From: Mageeibacillus sp. UBA6980
GTDB taxonomy: Bacteria; Bacillota; Clostridia; Saccharofermentanales; Saccharofermentanaceae
Assembly (NCBI GenBank): GCA_002450095.1
Contig: DJYK01000026.1
Coordinates: forward strand, 17,781-81,780
Length of the DNA stretch: 64,000 nucleotides
Direction of reading: 5' to 3'
Shown here one piece after another: positions 45,194 through 54,281 of the stretch (positions are counted from its first letter, which is position 1; the number at the start of each line of letters is the position of its first letter). The notes beneath the pieces were generated by a model, which ran no database searches, had not been told where the DNA came from, and saw only the letters and a list, made by a program, of their open reading frames with translations. Both the position numbers and the translations under genes were made by a program.

Positions 45194-45748
45194 ATGGAAT
45201 GGATGAACGGTGAAGATTTTTTGCTCGGTATGATGAATATTCATAAAAAGGCTGAGGATGCGCCGGGGGCGATAAAAGAACATGATCTTCCCAAAGGACA
45301 CTGGAGAAGAGTGATAGATCCTGACGGAGAGGCTTTCTGCGTAATAATCACAGAGAATTTTGTAATCGGAGTTAAGACCGGGCGAGTTATCTTCCTGGAT
45401 AAGAAAACTAAGAAGCGGCTTGATCCCATCATGGGTTTTCATCATCTGGTTACGGGAGATGTTAAACCTGATGAATCTGAACTGGCAGTTCTTGAGAACG
45501 GAAAATGTTTCCATGTAATATCTCTTAAAACATTTGAAGTGATCAAGAAAGTCAGTGTTCCGAGGTCTTTCTATTCAAGTGATTCGTATTGCACATATTC
45601 TGAGGATGGTAAAACGTTAACGGTTCCGGTTACCAGATATGATTATGATAAGCGCAATTATGTTTTTATGCATTGTGAATATGAGACAGAGAATTACACA
45701 CTGATCAGCAAGACAGAGGTTTCACTTAAGGAAATGGACCGGTGGTGA
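45194..45748 (+). CDS. Hypothetical protein (184 aa)
   Basis: ORF with an SD. No motif recognised. Confidence 0.45.
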   Translation: MEWMNGEDFLLGMMNIHKKAEDAPGAIKEHDLPKGHWRRVIDPDGEAFCVIITENFVIGVKTGRVIFLDKKTKKRLDPIMGFHHLVTGDVKPDESELAVLENGKCFHVISLKTFEVIKKVSVPRSFYSSDSYCTYSEDGKTLTVPVTRYDYDKRNYVFMHCEYETENYTLISKTEVSLKEMDRW

Positions 45749-45786
45749 AACATCACGTGTATAAAATCTGTAAAGAGGCACCTGCT

Positions 45787-45892
45787 AATCCCCACTTAGT
45801 GCCGATAAATCGGGGAAAACAGGGGACAATACAGGGGATATCGGCTGAAATCCCCACTTAGTGCCGATAAATCGGGGACAATACAGGGGATA
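45787..45892. repeat. Direct duplication of a ~30-bp hairpin-containing element plus flanking caatacaggggata
   Basis: aatccccacttagtgccgataaatcgggga at 45787-45816 and 45849-45878 (identical). Each has tcccc/gggga inverted ends. Confidence 0.85.
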
Positions 45893-45903
45893 GCAGATAT
45901 CGC

Positions 45904-45932
45904 TTGACATTACGGGAAAGAATCAGTATTAT
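45904..45932 (+). promoter_or_regulatory. Sigma-A-type promoter of the infC operon
   Basis: TTGACA (45904-45909), a 17-nt spacer, then TATTAT (45927-45932). Confidence 0.7.
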
Positions 45933-45939
45933 ACGTAAG

Positions 45940-46058
45940 TCAATTAGGAAGCAGAACTCATCGGTTCTCACCTCAAGCATATGCGAAGAGGTCCATATTA
46001 TTAGCTTTTTAGCGAATGTGTGGAACGGTGATTTTGCTTGACCGTTCTTTTTTTATGA
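45940..46058 (+). promoter_or_regulatory. L20-leader-like 5' leader ending in an intrinsic terminator (attenuator)
   Basis: Leader of roughly 120 nt between the promoter and the infC SD. Stem gaacggt (46023-46029) / accgttc (46041-46047) followed by ttttttt directly before GGAGG. Confidence 0.55.
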
Positions 46059-46073
46059 TTGGAGGTGTTACAC

Positions 46074-46598
46074 ATCGCTAAAGCAACCGGAAACCAGATG
46101 GTGAATGACAACATCAAGTTCAGCAAGGTAAGACTTATTGATGCTGAAGGAAATATGGTCGGTGTCGTTGATACGAACGAAGCCATGAAGAAGGCAGAAG
46201 AAGCCGGGCTGGATCTTGTATGTATCTCGGCAAATCCCGATAACCCCGTCTGCAGGATAATGGACTACGGTAAGTTCCTTTTCGAGCAGAGCAAGAGGGA
46301 GAAGGAAGCCAAGAAGAAGCAGAAGGAAACCGAGCTTAAGGAAGTCGGCATGAAGCTTACAACCGATTCGCACGATATCGAAGTAAAGCAGAAGATGGTC
46401 ATTAAGTTCCTTAATAACGGAGACAGAGTCAAGATCAACATCAGATTCCGCGGACGCGAGATGGCATACCAGCAGCAGGGATACGCGGTAATGGAGAAAT
46501 TTGCCGAAGGTATCTCAGAGTATGGTCAGATTGACAAACAGCCGAAGATCGAAGGTCGTAACATGGTTATGTACCTCGTTCCGAAGAAGAACAAGTAA
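46074..46598 (+). CDS. infC: Translation initiation factor IF-3
   Basis: ..VRLIDAEGNMVGV..PVCRIMDYGKFLFEQSKREKEAKKKQK..IRFRGREMAYQ... Likely non-AUG start ATC at 46074, 8 nt after GGAGG (46061-46065). The ORF-track TTG at 46059 overlaps the SD itself. Confidence 0.85.
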   Translation: MAKATGNQMVNDNIKFSKVRLIDAEGNMVGVVDTNEAMKKAEEAGLDLVCISANPDNPVCRIMDYGKFLFEQSKREKEAKKKQKETELKEVGMKLTTDSHDIEVKQKMVIKFLNNGDRVKINIRFRGREMAYQQQGYAVMEKFAEGISEYGQIDKQPKIEGRNMVMYLVPKKNK

Positions 46599-46620
46599 TA
46601 GTAAGGAGGACATATAAAAA

Positions 46621-46818
46621 ATGCCTAAGCAGAAGACACACAGTTCATCTAAGAAGAGATTCAAGGTAACGGGTACCGGTAAGGTATTAAGAGCACAGGC
46701 TTTCCGCCGTCATATCCTGAGTAAGAGACCCACTAAGAGGATGCGCCACCTGCGCCACAACATTCTTGCATCTGAACAGAACAGAAAAGTCATTCGCAAG
46801 ATGATCCCTTATATGTGA
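46621..46818 (+). CDS. rpmI: 50S ribosomal protein L35
   Basis: [22 protein letters not shown].. and its position between infC and rplT. Confidence 0.95.
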   Translation: MPKQKTHSSSKKRFKVTGTGKVLRAQAFRRHILSKRPTKRMRHLRHNILASEQNRKVIRKMIPYM

Positions 46819-46843
46819 TAGGAAATGAATGGAGGATTAACAT

Positions 46844-47197
46844 ATGTCTAGAGTTAAAAGAGGAATTCGTACAAGAGCTCGTCATAAGAAGATTTTAAAG
46901 CAGGCTAAGGGTTACTTTGGTAAGAAGAGCAAGCTGTTCAAGGTTGCTAACCAGCAGGTTCTCAAGTCCGGTAACTACGCTTACAGAGACAGAAGAAATA
47001 AGAAGAGAGATTTCAGAAAGCTCTGGATCACAAGGATCAACGCTGCAGCACGTCTCAACGGTATGTCCTACTCAAGATTCATGGATGGTCTTAAGAAGGC
47101 CGGTGTTGAACTCGACAGAAAGGTTCTTTCCGATATCGCTATCACAGATCCTAAGGGCTTTACGGCTCTCGTTGAGAAGGCTAAGGCTGCTCTGTAA
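46844..47197 (+). CDS. rplT: 50S ribosomal protein L20
   Basis: [52 protein letters not shown].. Confidence 0.95.
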   Translation: MSRVKRGIRTRARHKKILKQAKGYFGKKSKLFKVANQQVLKSGNYAYRDRRNKKRDFRKLWITRINAAARLNGMSYSRFMDGLKKAGVELDRKVLSDIAITDPKGFTALVEKAKAAL

Positions 47198-47233
47198 TCT
47201 GTAATATAAATCAGTTAAATAGATTTTGGCAGA

Positions 47234-47270
47234 TTCCCCAAGCATAATTGTTTGGGGATTTTATTTATTT
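47234..47270 (+). terminator. Intrinsic terminator of the infC-rpmI-rplT operon
   Basis: tcccca / tgggga stem followed by ttttatttatttt. Confidence 0.7.
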
Positions 47271-47282
47271 TATAATATTCAT

Positions 47283-48509
47283 ATGGGAAGCTTATTCACT
47301 AATTATGAACGCGACTATGTGGAATTCAAGAAGAACGGTTATCTCGATTCGTATTCAGGAGGGTTGATATCTCTTAGCGAGAAAGGGCGTTTCAGTGTAA
47401 AGAATAACCCGATCTCCTGTATCACATTCCCTTCGAGGATAGATGGGAAGCGTTTGCAGAAGGCGGTAGATAAGGCTTTGCTGTGTTGTCCTCATATGGC
47501 TTATCAGGTACACAGGATCGAGGGCAAGTGGCCGGTACGTTATACCATTAGCGACAGACCTTATACCGTGCTTGAGGGCGTAATTCCCGAATACTACGGT
47601 GATGATGAAACGAACAACCATTATTCTTTTGTCAGTTTCTCGGATGACAGATTAACCGTCGGGTTTTGTCATGCTATTACCGATCTTTATGGTTCGAGCA
47701 TGTTCTATAATTCCATCATCAGAAATTATTTTGATCTTCCGGGTTCGGATACGGACTATAAGGAATCTCCGATATATGCAGCAGATGTTTTGAAATATGA
47801 TCTGCTTGTAAGCGAAGGGTTCGTTCCGTTTAAAAGAGAAGAAGGAGAGGTTTTCTCGGTTTTTCCGAAGGACAATTCCTGTTTTGTCGGCAATATAAGT
47901 ATTGGCAAGGATGCTTTTGTATCTTATGTCAAAGGTCTTAATACGTCCAAACAGGTTGCTGTTTCCATGCTTCTTGCTATGGCGATCCGTGATGTTTATT
48001 CTGATTACAAAGGAAAGATATGTATCAGGGGGCCGGTCGATACGAGACGTTCCTTCGGCCTTGACTGTACCTTCCAGAATTGCAGTTACCCCCACACATT
48101 CTTAAATCTTTCTGTTGATGATATCAGTTCCGACAGGATCAAGGAGACTGCTGTGCGGCTTAAGAGTGACCTTAAGAAACAGCTCGATACGAATAATCTG
48201 GCGTGGATCACCAACCGATTGGCGCTTATCGTTAAAACCGATGATCCGGTTCTTTTCCGATCTTTAATCAGCGAATACGTATTTGCTACAGGTATACTTG
48301 TCAGTAATATCGGTGCGTTTGGAGCGAGCGATACGCAGGAATATATCAAAGATTATTCTTTACTTCATCGTGCTAATTTCCCGATATCAGTATATTTCGG
48401 TGAGACTAGTGATCGTGTAAAGTTCATATTTATGCAACAGTTCGGGTCTCAGGAGATCTTTGAGGCTTTTAAGAAAATAATAACCACAACGATAGGAGAG
48501 GATCAATGA
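47283..48509 (+). CDS. Stand-alone condensation-domain-like (HHxxxDG-superfamily) protein
   Basis: FCHAITDLYG at the position of the HHxxxDG motif (first His replaced by Cys). About 400 aa, the size of a C domain. ATG 47283 was chosen because the longer ORF runs through the rplT terminator. Confidence 0.55.
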   Translation: MGSLFTNYERDYVEFKKNGYLDSYSGGLISLSEKGRFSVKNNPISCITFPSRIDGKRLQKAVDKALLCCPHMAYQVHRIEGKWPVRYTISDRPYTVLEGVIPEYYGDDETNNHYSFVSFSDDRLTVGFCHAITDLYGSSMFYNSIIRNYFDLPGSDTDYKESPIYAADVLKYDLLVSEGFVPFKREEGEVFSVFPKDNSCFVGNISIGKDAFVSYVKGLNTSKQVAVSMLLAMAIRDVYSDYKGKICIRGPVDTRRSFGLDCTFQNCSYPHTFLNLSVDDISSDRIKETAVRLKSDLKKQLDTNNLAWITNRLALIVKTDDPVLFRSLISEYVFATGILVSNIGAFGASDTQEYIKDYSLLHRANFPISVYFGETSDRVKFIFMQQFGSQEIFEAFKKIITTTIGEDQ

Positions 48510-51397
48510 GAAGGTTTATTGAACGGGCAATCGATATCATACAGAGATATCCTGACAGGATCGCCGTAAAACAGGAAGACAATTATCTCACCTATAAAGA
48601 TTTGGACGAGAGGTCAGGTAAAGTTTACTCATGGTTGAAATCCAAGGGGATAGGGGCGGAGGACTTCGTTCTGATCCTGATGCCCAGAGATGTTGACGCT
48701 ATTGCAGCGGTCTTCGGAGTCATGCGAAGCGGTGCCGCTTTCGTTGTGATGGAAGATTTCTTTCCTTCTCAAAGAGTCGAATACATCCGTTCTGACGTTA
48801 ACGCGAAAGTGGTGATCGATGCGGATACTTTCTTATCGATAATGAAGACAAGTGATTATCTTGAAGGATACGAGGAAACTGATCCGCATCAGGCGGCTTT
48901 CGCGGTATATACTTCAGGTTCGACCGGCGTTCCCAAGGGCGTTCTTCACGAATACGGTAATATCGATATATTCTCGAGAATACTACCTGAGAAGGATGAA
49001 TATGAGATCACGACGGCAGCGATGGTGTCACCGTTCTATTTTGTCGTAACAATACTCATTATCGTCAACTGCCTGTCGACCTCGAGAACCATTTATATTG
49101 TTTCGATGTCAATGGTAAGAAACTTCAATAAATTCAGTGCTTTTCTTGTTGAGAATAAGATAAGCTCCGTCTATTTATCTCCTTCTTACATCCGCATGTA
49201 TAAAGAGCCGTCCAAGTATCTTACACAGGTAATTACCGGAAGCGAGCCTGCTAACGGTATCTATTATGAGGGCGGCAATCCTTCGATACAGAATATATAC
49301 ACGATGAGTGAGGCAGGTATCCCCGTATTGTCATGTATTCTGGACAGGTCATATGAAGAGGCTCCTGTCGGATATCCTGCTCCGGGGATCGATCTTCATA
49401 TAATCGATGAAGACGGGAATAGGATCGAAGGTGAAGGTAAGGGAGAGATAGTATTCATTAATCCTTATGTCAGGGGATACATCAATCTTCCCGAGAAGAC
49501 GAAGGAAGTGTTTGTTAACGGGTACTATCACACCGGTGATGTCGGCAGAAGAGATAAAGACGGTAAATACTATATTGTCGGCAGGATCGATGATATGTTC
49601 AAGATCAACGGTAATCGAGTAGAGCCGGGTGAGATCGAGGGCATAATGAAGCTTGTCACCGGCCTTACTAACGTTGTTGTAAAGGGATTTAATGAAGAGG
49701 GTCACTCATTCATTTGTATGTATTTCCTTAAGGCTGAAGCTCAGAGTCTCGGTATATATAACGACGGCAATCTGGTCTTTGACAGGAACAAGCTTGAGAA
49801 TAAACTCCCCCGTTATATGATCCCTACATATTATGTCGGACTTGATGAGTTCCCGATAAATATGAACGGTAAACTCGTAAGACGCGAGTTGAAGGCTCCC
49901 GTGCACACTTCTTTTGAAGAGAACTATGTTGCTCCGTCGAATGACCTTGAAAGACTTATCTGTGATGCCATGGCTAAGGTCCTTAATATAACCCGTGTCG
50001 GAGTTGAAGATGACTTCTACCAGATCGGCGGAGATTCGATGAGCAGCATTGAGCTGATAACTGTTCTCGGGGAGAAAGGTTATGATATAAACGATTCCGA
50101 TCTTTATAATCTGAGGACCCCCTCTGCTCTGGCAACTCTTTGTTCTAATAGGAATATCGAGGATCCCGAGACGCTTATGCGCGGGGAGAAAGAGAATGAG
50201 GACAAACCTCAGGATCTTTTGCCGATGCAGATGATGTGGACTCGTATCTGTGAGAAGCATCCCGAGGCAAAACTTCGTCACATGCCGATCCTTTACAGGA
50301 TGAAGGCGGATGTCGATGTCGACAGGCTTAAGGCGGCGGTTGATAAGGTATTTGACCATTATCCGATATTTAAGACGAGAATAGTTAAGGATAATAACGG
50401 TAAGTATGTTCAGGTATATGATCCCGGCATATTGGAACCGATCAGCGTCGAGACGGTAAGCGATGCTGAATTTGAGAAGATACAGGAGTCTTTGGTAGGA
50501 CATCTTGATATGTTCAGCGGAGTGTCCAACAGAAAGGTCATCTACAGAACCGAGACGCAAGTATACCTGTTTATGCATTTCCATCACGCTTTCTTTGACG
50601 GTTCGGGTCTTATGGTGATAAGAAATGCGATCTACAACTGCTATAAGGATCCGGATTATGTGATCCCTCCGGACTATTACTATTATATTCTGGACAGTAT
50701 CAGCAGGCAGAAAGGCGAAGATTCTTATAAAGAAGCAGCGGATCATTTTGAGAAGCTTAATAAGGAATTTGAGGGTGCAGGAGACAAACTCATTCCCGAT
50801 CTTGAAGGAGAATACAGATCAACAGGGTTGTTCTTTGATCCTACTGCATTTACCAAGGATAAAGACAGAACGAACTTATTCTATCTTGCATGTACGGCAA
50901 TTGCCACTGTCAGAACGAATAAGAGCGACAAAGCGGTCGTATATCTTGAGATAAACGGAAGAGACAGGTTTATCAAGAATATATCGGCGGGAGGATATGC
51001 AACCAGTATTCCGATATTTATCGATCTTAATGCCTTAAAGGAACCTCAGGAGATTATCGGTAACATTAAGGATCAGGTCGAGTATGCTTCGCTTCATTTA
51101 TCTTATACCTGCTCATATGATTCCATAGATAAGATAGATCAAACGGTAATGTATCTTTATCAGAAGGATATCTACAGCTTAGGTGCCATTGAGGAGCTTG
51201 TTGAAGATTCCGTACAGCTTTCTATGGATCCGGTTCAGCCCTGCCACTATTTTGGTGTAGCGGTTATTGATAATACAGGACTTCCGGTACTGCCTTTGTC
51301 CTTTATCTATTCCAAAGAGCATTATTCGCAGAATAAGGTTAATGAGTTTGCCTCCAACTTTAAGGAAGCGGCAGCATTTCTTGGAGGAGTAAGCTGA
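48506..51397 (+). CDS. NRPS module, domain order A-T-C
   Basis: A3 YTSGSTGVPKGV, A7-A8 YHTGDVGRRDKDGKYYIVGRIDDMFKINGNRVEPGEIE, A10 NGKLVRR, T FYQIGGDSMSSIEL, C MHFHHAFFDGSG. Confidence 0.85.
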   Translation: MRRFIERAIDIIQRYPDRIAVKQEDNYLTYKDLDERSGKVYSWLKSKGIGAEDFVLILMPRDVDAIAAVFGVMRSGAAFVVMEDFFPSQRVEYIRSDVNAKVVIDADTFLSIMKTSDYLEGYEETDPHQAAFAVYTSGSTGVPKGVLHEYGNIDIFSRILPEKDEYEITTAAMVSPFYFVVTILIIVNCLSTSRTIYIVSMSMVRNFNKFSAFLVENKISSVYLSPSYIRMYKEPSKYLTQVITGSEPANGIYYEGGNPSIQNIYTMSEAGIPVLSCILDRSYEEAPVGYPAPGIDLHIIDEDGNRIEGEGKGEIVFINPYVRGYINLPEKTKEVFVNGYYHTGDVGRRDKDGKYYIVGRIDDMFKINGNRVEPGEIEGIMKLVTGLTNVVVKGFNEEGHSFICMYFLKAEAQSLGIYNDGNLVFDRNKLENKLPRYMIPTYYVGLDEFPINMNGKLVRRELKAPVHTSFEENYVAPSNDLERLICDAMAKVLNITRVGVEDDFYQIGGDSMSSIELITVLGEKGYDINDSDLYNLRTPSALATLCSNRNIEDPETLMRGEKENEDKPQDLLPMQMMWTRICEKHPEAKLRHMPILYRMKADVDVDRLKAAVDKVFDHYPIFKTRIVKDNNGKYVQVYDPGILEPISVETVSDAEFEKIQESLVGHLDMFSGVSNRKVIYRTETQVYLFMHFHHAFFDGSGLMVIRNAIYNCYKDPDYVIPPDYYYYILDSISRQKGEDSYKEAADHFEKLNKEFEGAGDKLIPDLEGEYRSTGLFFDPTAFTKDKDRTNLFYLACTAIATVRTNKSDKAVVYLEINGRDRFIKNISAGGYATSIPIFIDLNALKEPQEIIGNIKDQVEYASLHLSYTCSYDSIDKIDQTVMYLYQKDIYSLGAIEELVEDSVQLSMDPVQPCHYFGVAVIDNTGLPVLPLSFIYSKEHYSQNKVNEFASNFKEAAAFLGGVS

Positions 51398-51398
51398 T

Positions 51399-54281
51399 AT
51401 GTATATAGAAGATGCAATCAGGTTTATGCATCTCCATAAGGAGAAGAAAGCGGTAGAGGATGACAACGGGTCAATGACTTACGGTCAGCTCGATCTGGAG
51501 TCTTCATGTGTTTATTCATATCTTAAGCACCAGGGAATCGGTAAAGAGAACTTTGTGCTTATCACACTCTCCCGCGGAATAAGGTGTGTAGCGGCTATCC
51601 TCGGCGTTATCAAGAGCGGTGCGGCATTCGTTATTCTTGACTCAAGTTATCCGGCGGATCGTGTGGATTACATAAGGCGGGATGTTAATGCCTTATGTGA
51701 GATCAACGATGACAACTATCCTTCTATAGTCAGTACTAATGCTCCTTTGGAAGGATACGAGAAGACGGATGTTCACGATGCGGCATTTGCCGTATATACA
51801 TCGGGGTCGACCGGTAATCCTAAAGGGGTGCTTCATGAATACGGCAATATAGATTTGATCGCGACGCTCAATTCCAGGTTTGACGAGATCGACGGAGATT
51901 ATAACGCCCTGGTTGCGCCGTTCTATTTTGTGGCGGGAATAATGGGCGTGATCAATCTCTTTACGTATGTAAGACCTATGTATATCATTTCTTCTTCTAT
52001 GTTAAGAGACCTGAACAAACTGAAGAAGTTCATTATTAAGAAGAAGATATCTTCAATCTATCTGTCTCCTTCGTATCTGAGGCTTTACAAGGAGCCTGCA
52101 CCGTGTTTAAGGAAGATAACGACGGGAAGTGAGCCTGCCAGCGGTATTTATTATGGCGATGACGGCCCCGTGATCACCAATTGTTACTCGATGAGTGAAG
52201 CAGGGTTCCCTATCCTTATGATGAGACTGGATCGTTCCTATGACATCGCTCCTGTAGGACGTCCCGTGCTGGATGTTGATGTGCATCTGGAGGACGAGAA
52301 CGGCAATCGGATCGAAGGTCCGGGCAAAGGCGAGATATGCTTTCGCAATGAGTACGTAAGAGGTTACATTAATCTTCCTGATGTTACCGCGAAGGCTTTT
52401 GTTGACAAGATCTTCCACACCGGCGATATAGGGCGAAGGGATGAGAACGGTCTTTATTACATAATCGGACGTAAGGACGATATGTTTAAGATAAACGGAA
52501 ACCGTGTAGAACCGTCTGAGATAGAAAGACATGTAGAAGCGGTGACCGGATTAAATAAGGTCGTTGCCATGGGCTTTTGTATCAACGGAAGGTCATTCAT
52601 ATGTCTTTACTTCATCAGAAGTGAAGCGGAAGGACTGGGGTTACTTACCGACGGCAAACTTGATATAGATGAGAACAGTCTTAAGAAACTTCTGCCTTCT
52701 TATATGATCCCGACATACTATATTCCGCTTGAGAGATTCCCTATAAATGCAAACGGAAAGATGGTAAGAAGACTTCTGGAACCGCCTGTAACGGGTGACG
52801 TGTCTGACGGATATGTCGAGCCTAAACCCGGTAACGAGAGTCTGATCGCCGATATCATGGCAAAGGTCCTTAATATCTCAAGGGTTGGTGCGGAAGACGA
52901 CTTCTATCAGATCGGCGGAGATTCCGTAAGATCCATCGCTTTCTGCGCTATGGCCTCGGACGAAGGGCTTCAGATCCCGTTAAGTGCTCTTCATAAGTTC
53001 AGAACGCCGAGATCTATCGCTAAGAATGTTGATCTGTTCTCCGATCTTACGGAAGAAGAATTGATCAAAGCGGATGAGGAGGCCAGAAAGAAAGCCATGC
53101 CGCTTCTTCAGATGCAGTATATAAATGCTTCTGCTTGTGAAAAGGATGCCAATGCGCCGATAGGCAAGATAAAGCTGATGTATAAGCTGAAAGATGATAT
53201 TAACCTCGACAGGTTGTCTTCGGCAATTGATAAAGTCTTCAGGCATCATCCTATACTCCTGACAGTATTCGAGAAAGACGGTAACGGCAGATTCGTTCAA
53301 AGATATGATCCGTCCGTGTTTGTCCCTACCGGTATCATCGATATGTCCGAAGAAGACTTCCGCGAGAATATGGGAAGCCTCGAAGGCAAGTTCGGTATAG
53401 AGGAGAGAAGACTCCATTACAGGGGAATAATAAGAACAGAAGAAGGAAATTATCTGCTTCTCGTATTCCATCATATTCTTATCGACGGTATGGGAATAAG
53501 GATAATATGCGACAACATCTTCAGAGCGTATGAGGATGAGGAGCTTAAGAGGGACTGTTACTATTACCTCCTTGAGAAGATGTCTGAAAGCGTTGAAGGA
53601 GATATTAAAGAAGAGGCCATAAGAGAACTTCGGGCCTCCGGAATCGATGATCTGTCGGGTATATTGCAGCCTGATCTTGAAGGCCCCGATACATGTCCGG
53701 GTATTAAGAAGGATCTGATCATAAGCAAAGAGAATGAAGGTAATGTATTCTACCTTGCATGTTGTCTTTTGGCTCTTATCAGATGCAATGGCACCGATAA
53801 AGGAGTTGTCTATTGGGGCTATAACGGAAGAGATGATGAATTAAAGCAGAATTCGGCCGGAGGGTTCGTCAGCTATCTTCCCGTATGTGTCGATGCAGGA
53901 AGTGCTCCTGATCCTGAATCGATAATAAGCGAAGTCAAAAGACAGGTTGATTACTATATGGTACATAATATCTTCATGGATGGAGGTTATGCCAAGGATA
54001 CAAAACCTGTAAACACTATGATGTTCCTGTATCAGAAAGATATCTACGACATAGGACTTATTGAGGGGTTGATCAGCGAGGTTGTTAAGATGCCCGTGGA
54101 TGTAACCTCCCCGATGGGAATATTGAGCGTGAGACTTACGAAGACTGAAGGATCCGATAAACTGCCGACTCTCTTTGTGTATTCGAAGGGGTACTACTCT
54201 GAGAAGTTAGCGGAAAAGTATTTTTCTGAATTCAAAAAGTCGATCCAATATCTTAGAGGTGAAATTAATGCTGTTGATTAA
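51399..54281 (+). CDS. NRPS module, domain order A-T-C
   Basis: YTSGSTGNPKGV, FHTGDIGRRDENGLYYIIGRKDDMFKINGNRVEPSEIE, NGKMVRR, FYQIGGDSVRSI, VFHHILIDGMG. Confidence 0.85.
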   Translation: MYIEDAIRFMHLHKEKKAVEDDNGSMTYGQLDLESSCVYSYLKHQGIGKENFVLITLSRGIRCVAAILGVIKSGAAFVILDSSYPADRVDYIRRDVNALCEINDDNYPSIVSTNAPLEGYEKTDVHDAAFAVYTSGSTGNPKGVLHEYGNIDLIATLNSRFDEIDGDYNALVAPFYFVAGIMGVINLFTYVRPMYIISSSMLRDLNKLKKFIIKKKISSIYLSPSYLRLYKEPAPCLRKITTGSEPASGIYYGDDGPVITNCYSMSEAGFPILMMRLDRSYDIAPVGRPVLDVDVHLEDENGNRIEGPGKGEICFRNEYVRGYINLPDVTAKAFVDKIFHTGDIGRRDENGLYYIIGRKDDMFKINGNRVEPSEIERHVEAVTGLNKVVAMGFCINGRSFICLYFIRSEAEGLGLLTDGKLDIDENSLKKLLPSYMIPTYYIPLERFPINANGKMVRRLLEPPVTGDVSDGYVEPKPGNESLIADIMAKVLNISRVGAEDDFYQIGGDSVRSIAFCAMASDEGLQIPLSALHKFRTPRSIAKNVDLFSDLTEEELIKADEEARKKAMPLLQMQYINASACEKDANAPIGKIKLMYKLKDDINLDRLSSAIDKVFRHHPILLTVFEKDGNGRFVQRYDPSVFVPTGIIDMSEEDFRENMGSLEGKFGIEERRLHYRGIIRTEEGNYLLLVFHHILIDGMGIRIICDNIFRAYEDEELKRDCYYYLLEKMSESVEGDIKEEAIRELRASGIDDLSGILQPDLEGPDTCPGIKKDLIISKENEGNVFYLACCLLALIRCNGTDKGVVYWGYNGRDDELKQNSAGGFVSYLPVCVDAGSAPDPESIISEVKRQVDYYMVHNIFMDGGYAKDTKPVNTMMFLYQKDIYDIGLIEGLISEVVKMPVDVTSPMGILSVRLTKTEGSDKLPTLFVYSKGYYSEKLAEKYFSEFKKSIQYLRGEINAVD

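Noticed and set aside
46059-46073. TTG at 46059 as the infC start (ORF track)
   Set aside because: The TTG overlaps the GGAGG SD (46061-46065), so it cannot be served by it. ATC at 46074 is correctly spaced and gives an IF-3 N-terminus of normal length.
47226-47282. Longer N-terminus for the stand-alone C-like protein
   Set aside because: The extra codons run through the rplT terminator hairpin and T-tract and encode an implausible peptide.
49706-50746. 346-aa ORF antisense to the first NRPS gene
   Set aside because: It lies entirely inside a CDS with clear A/T/C motifs on the other strand, has no SD and has low-complexity Ile/Arg-rich content. It is a typical antisense shadow ORF. The same reasoning applies to 52980..53474, 59452..59988, 61186..61764, 25344..25946 and 39511..40119.
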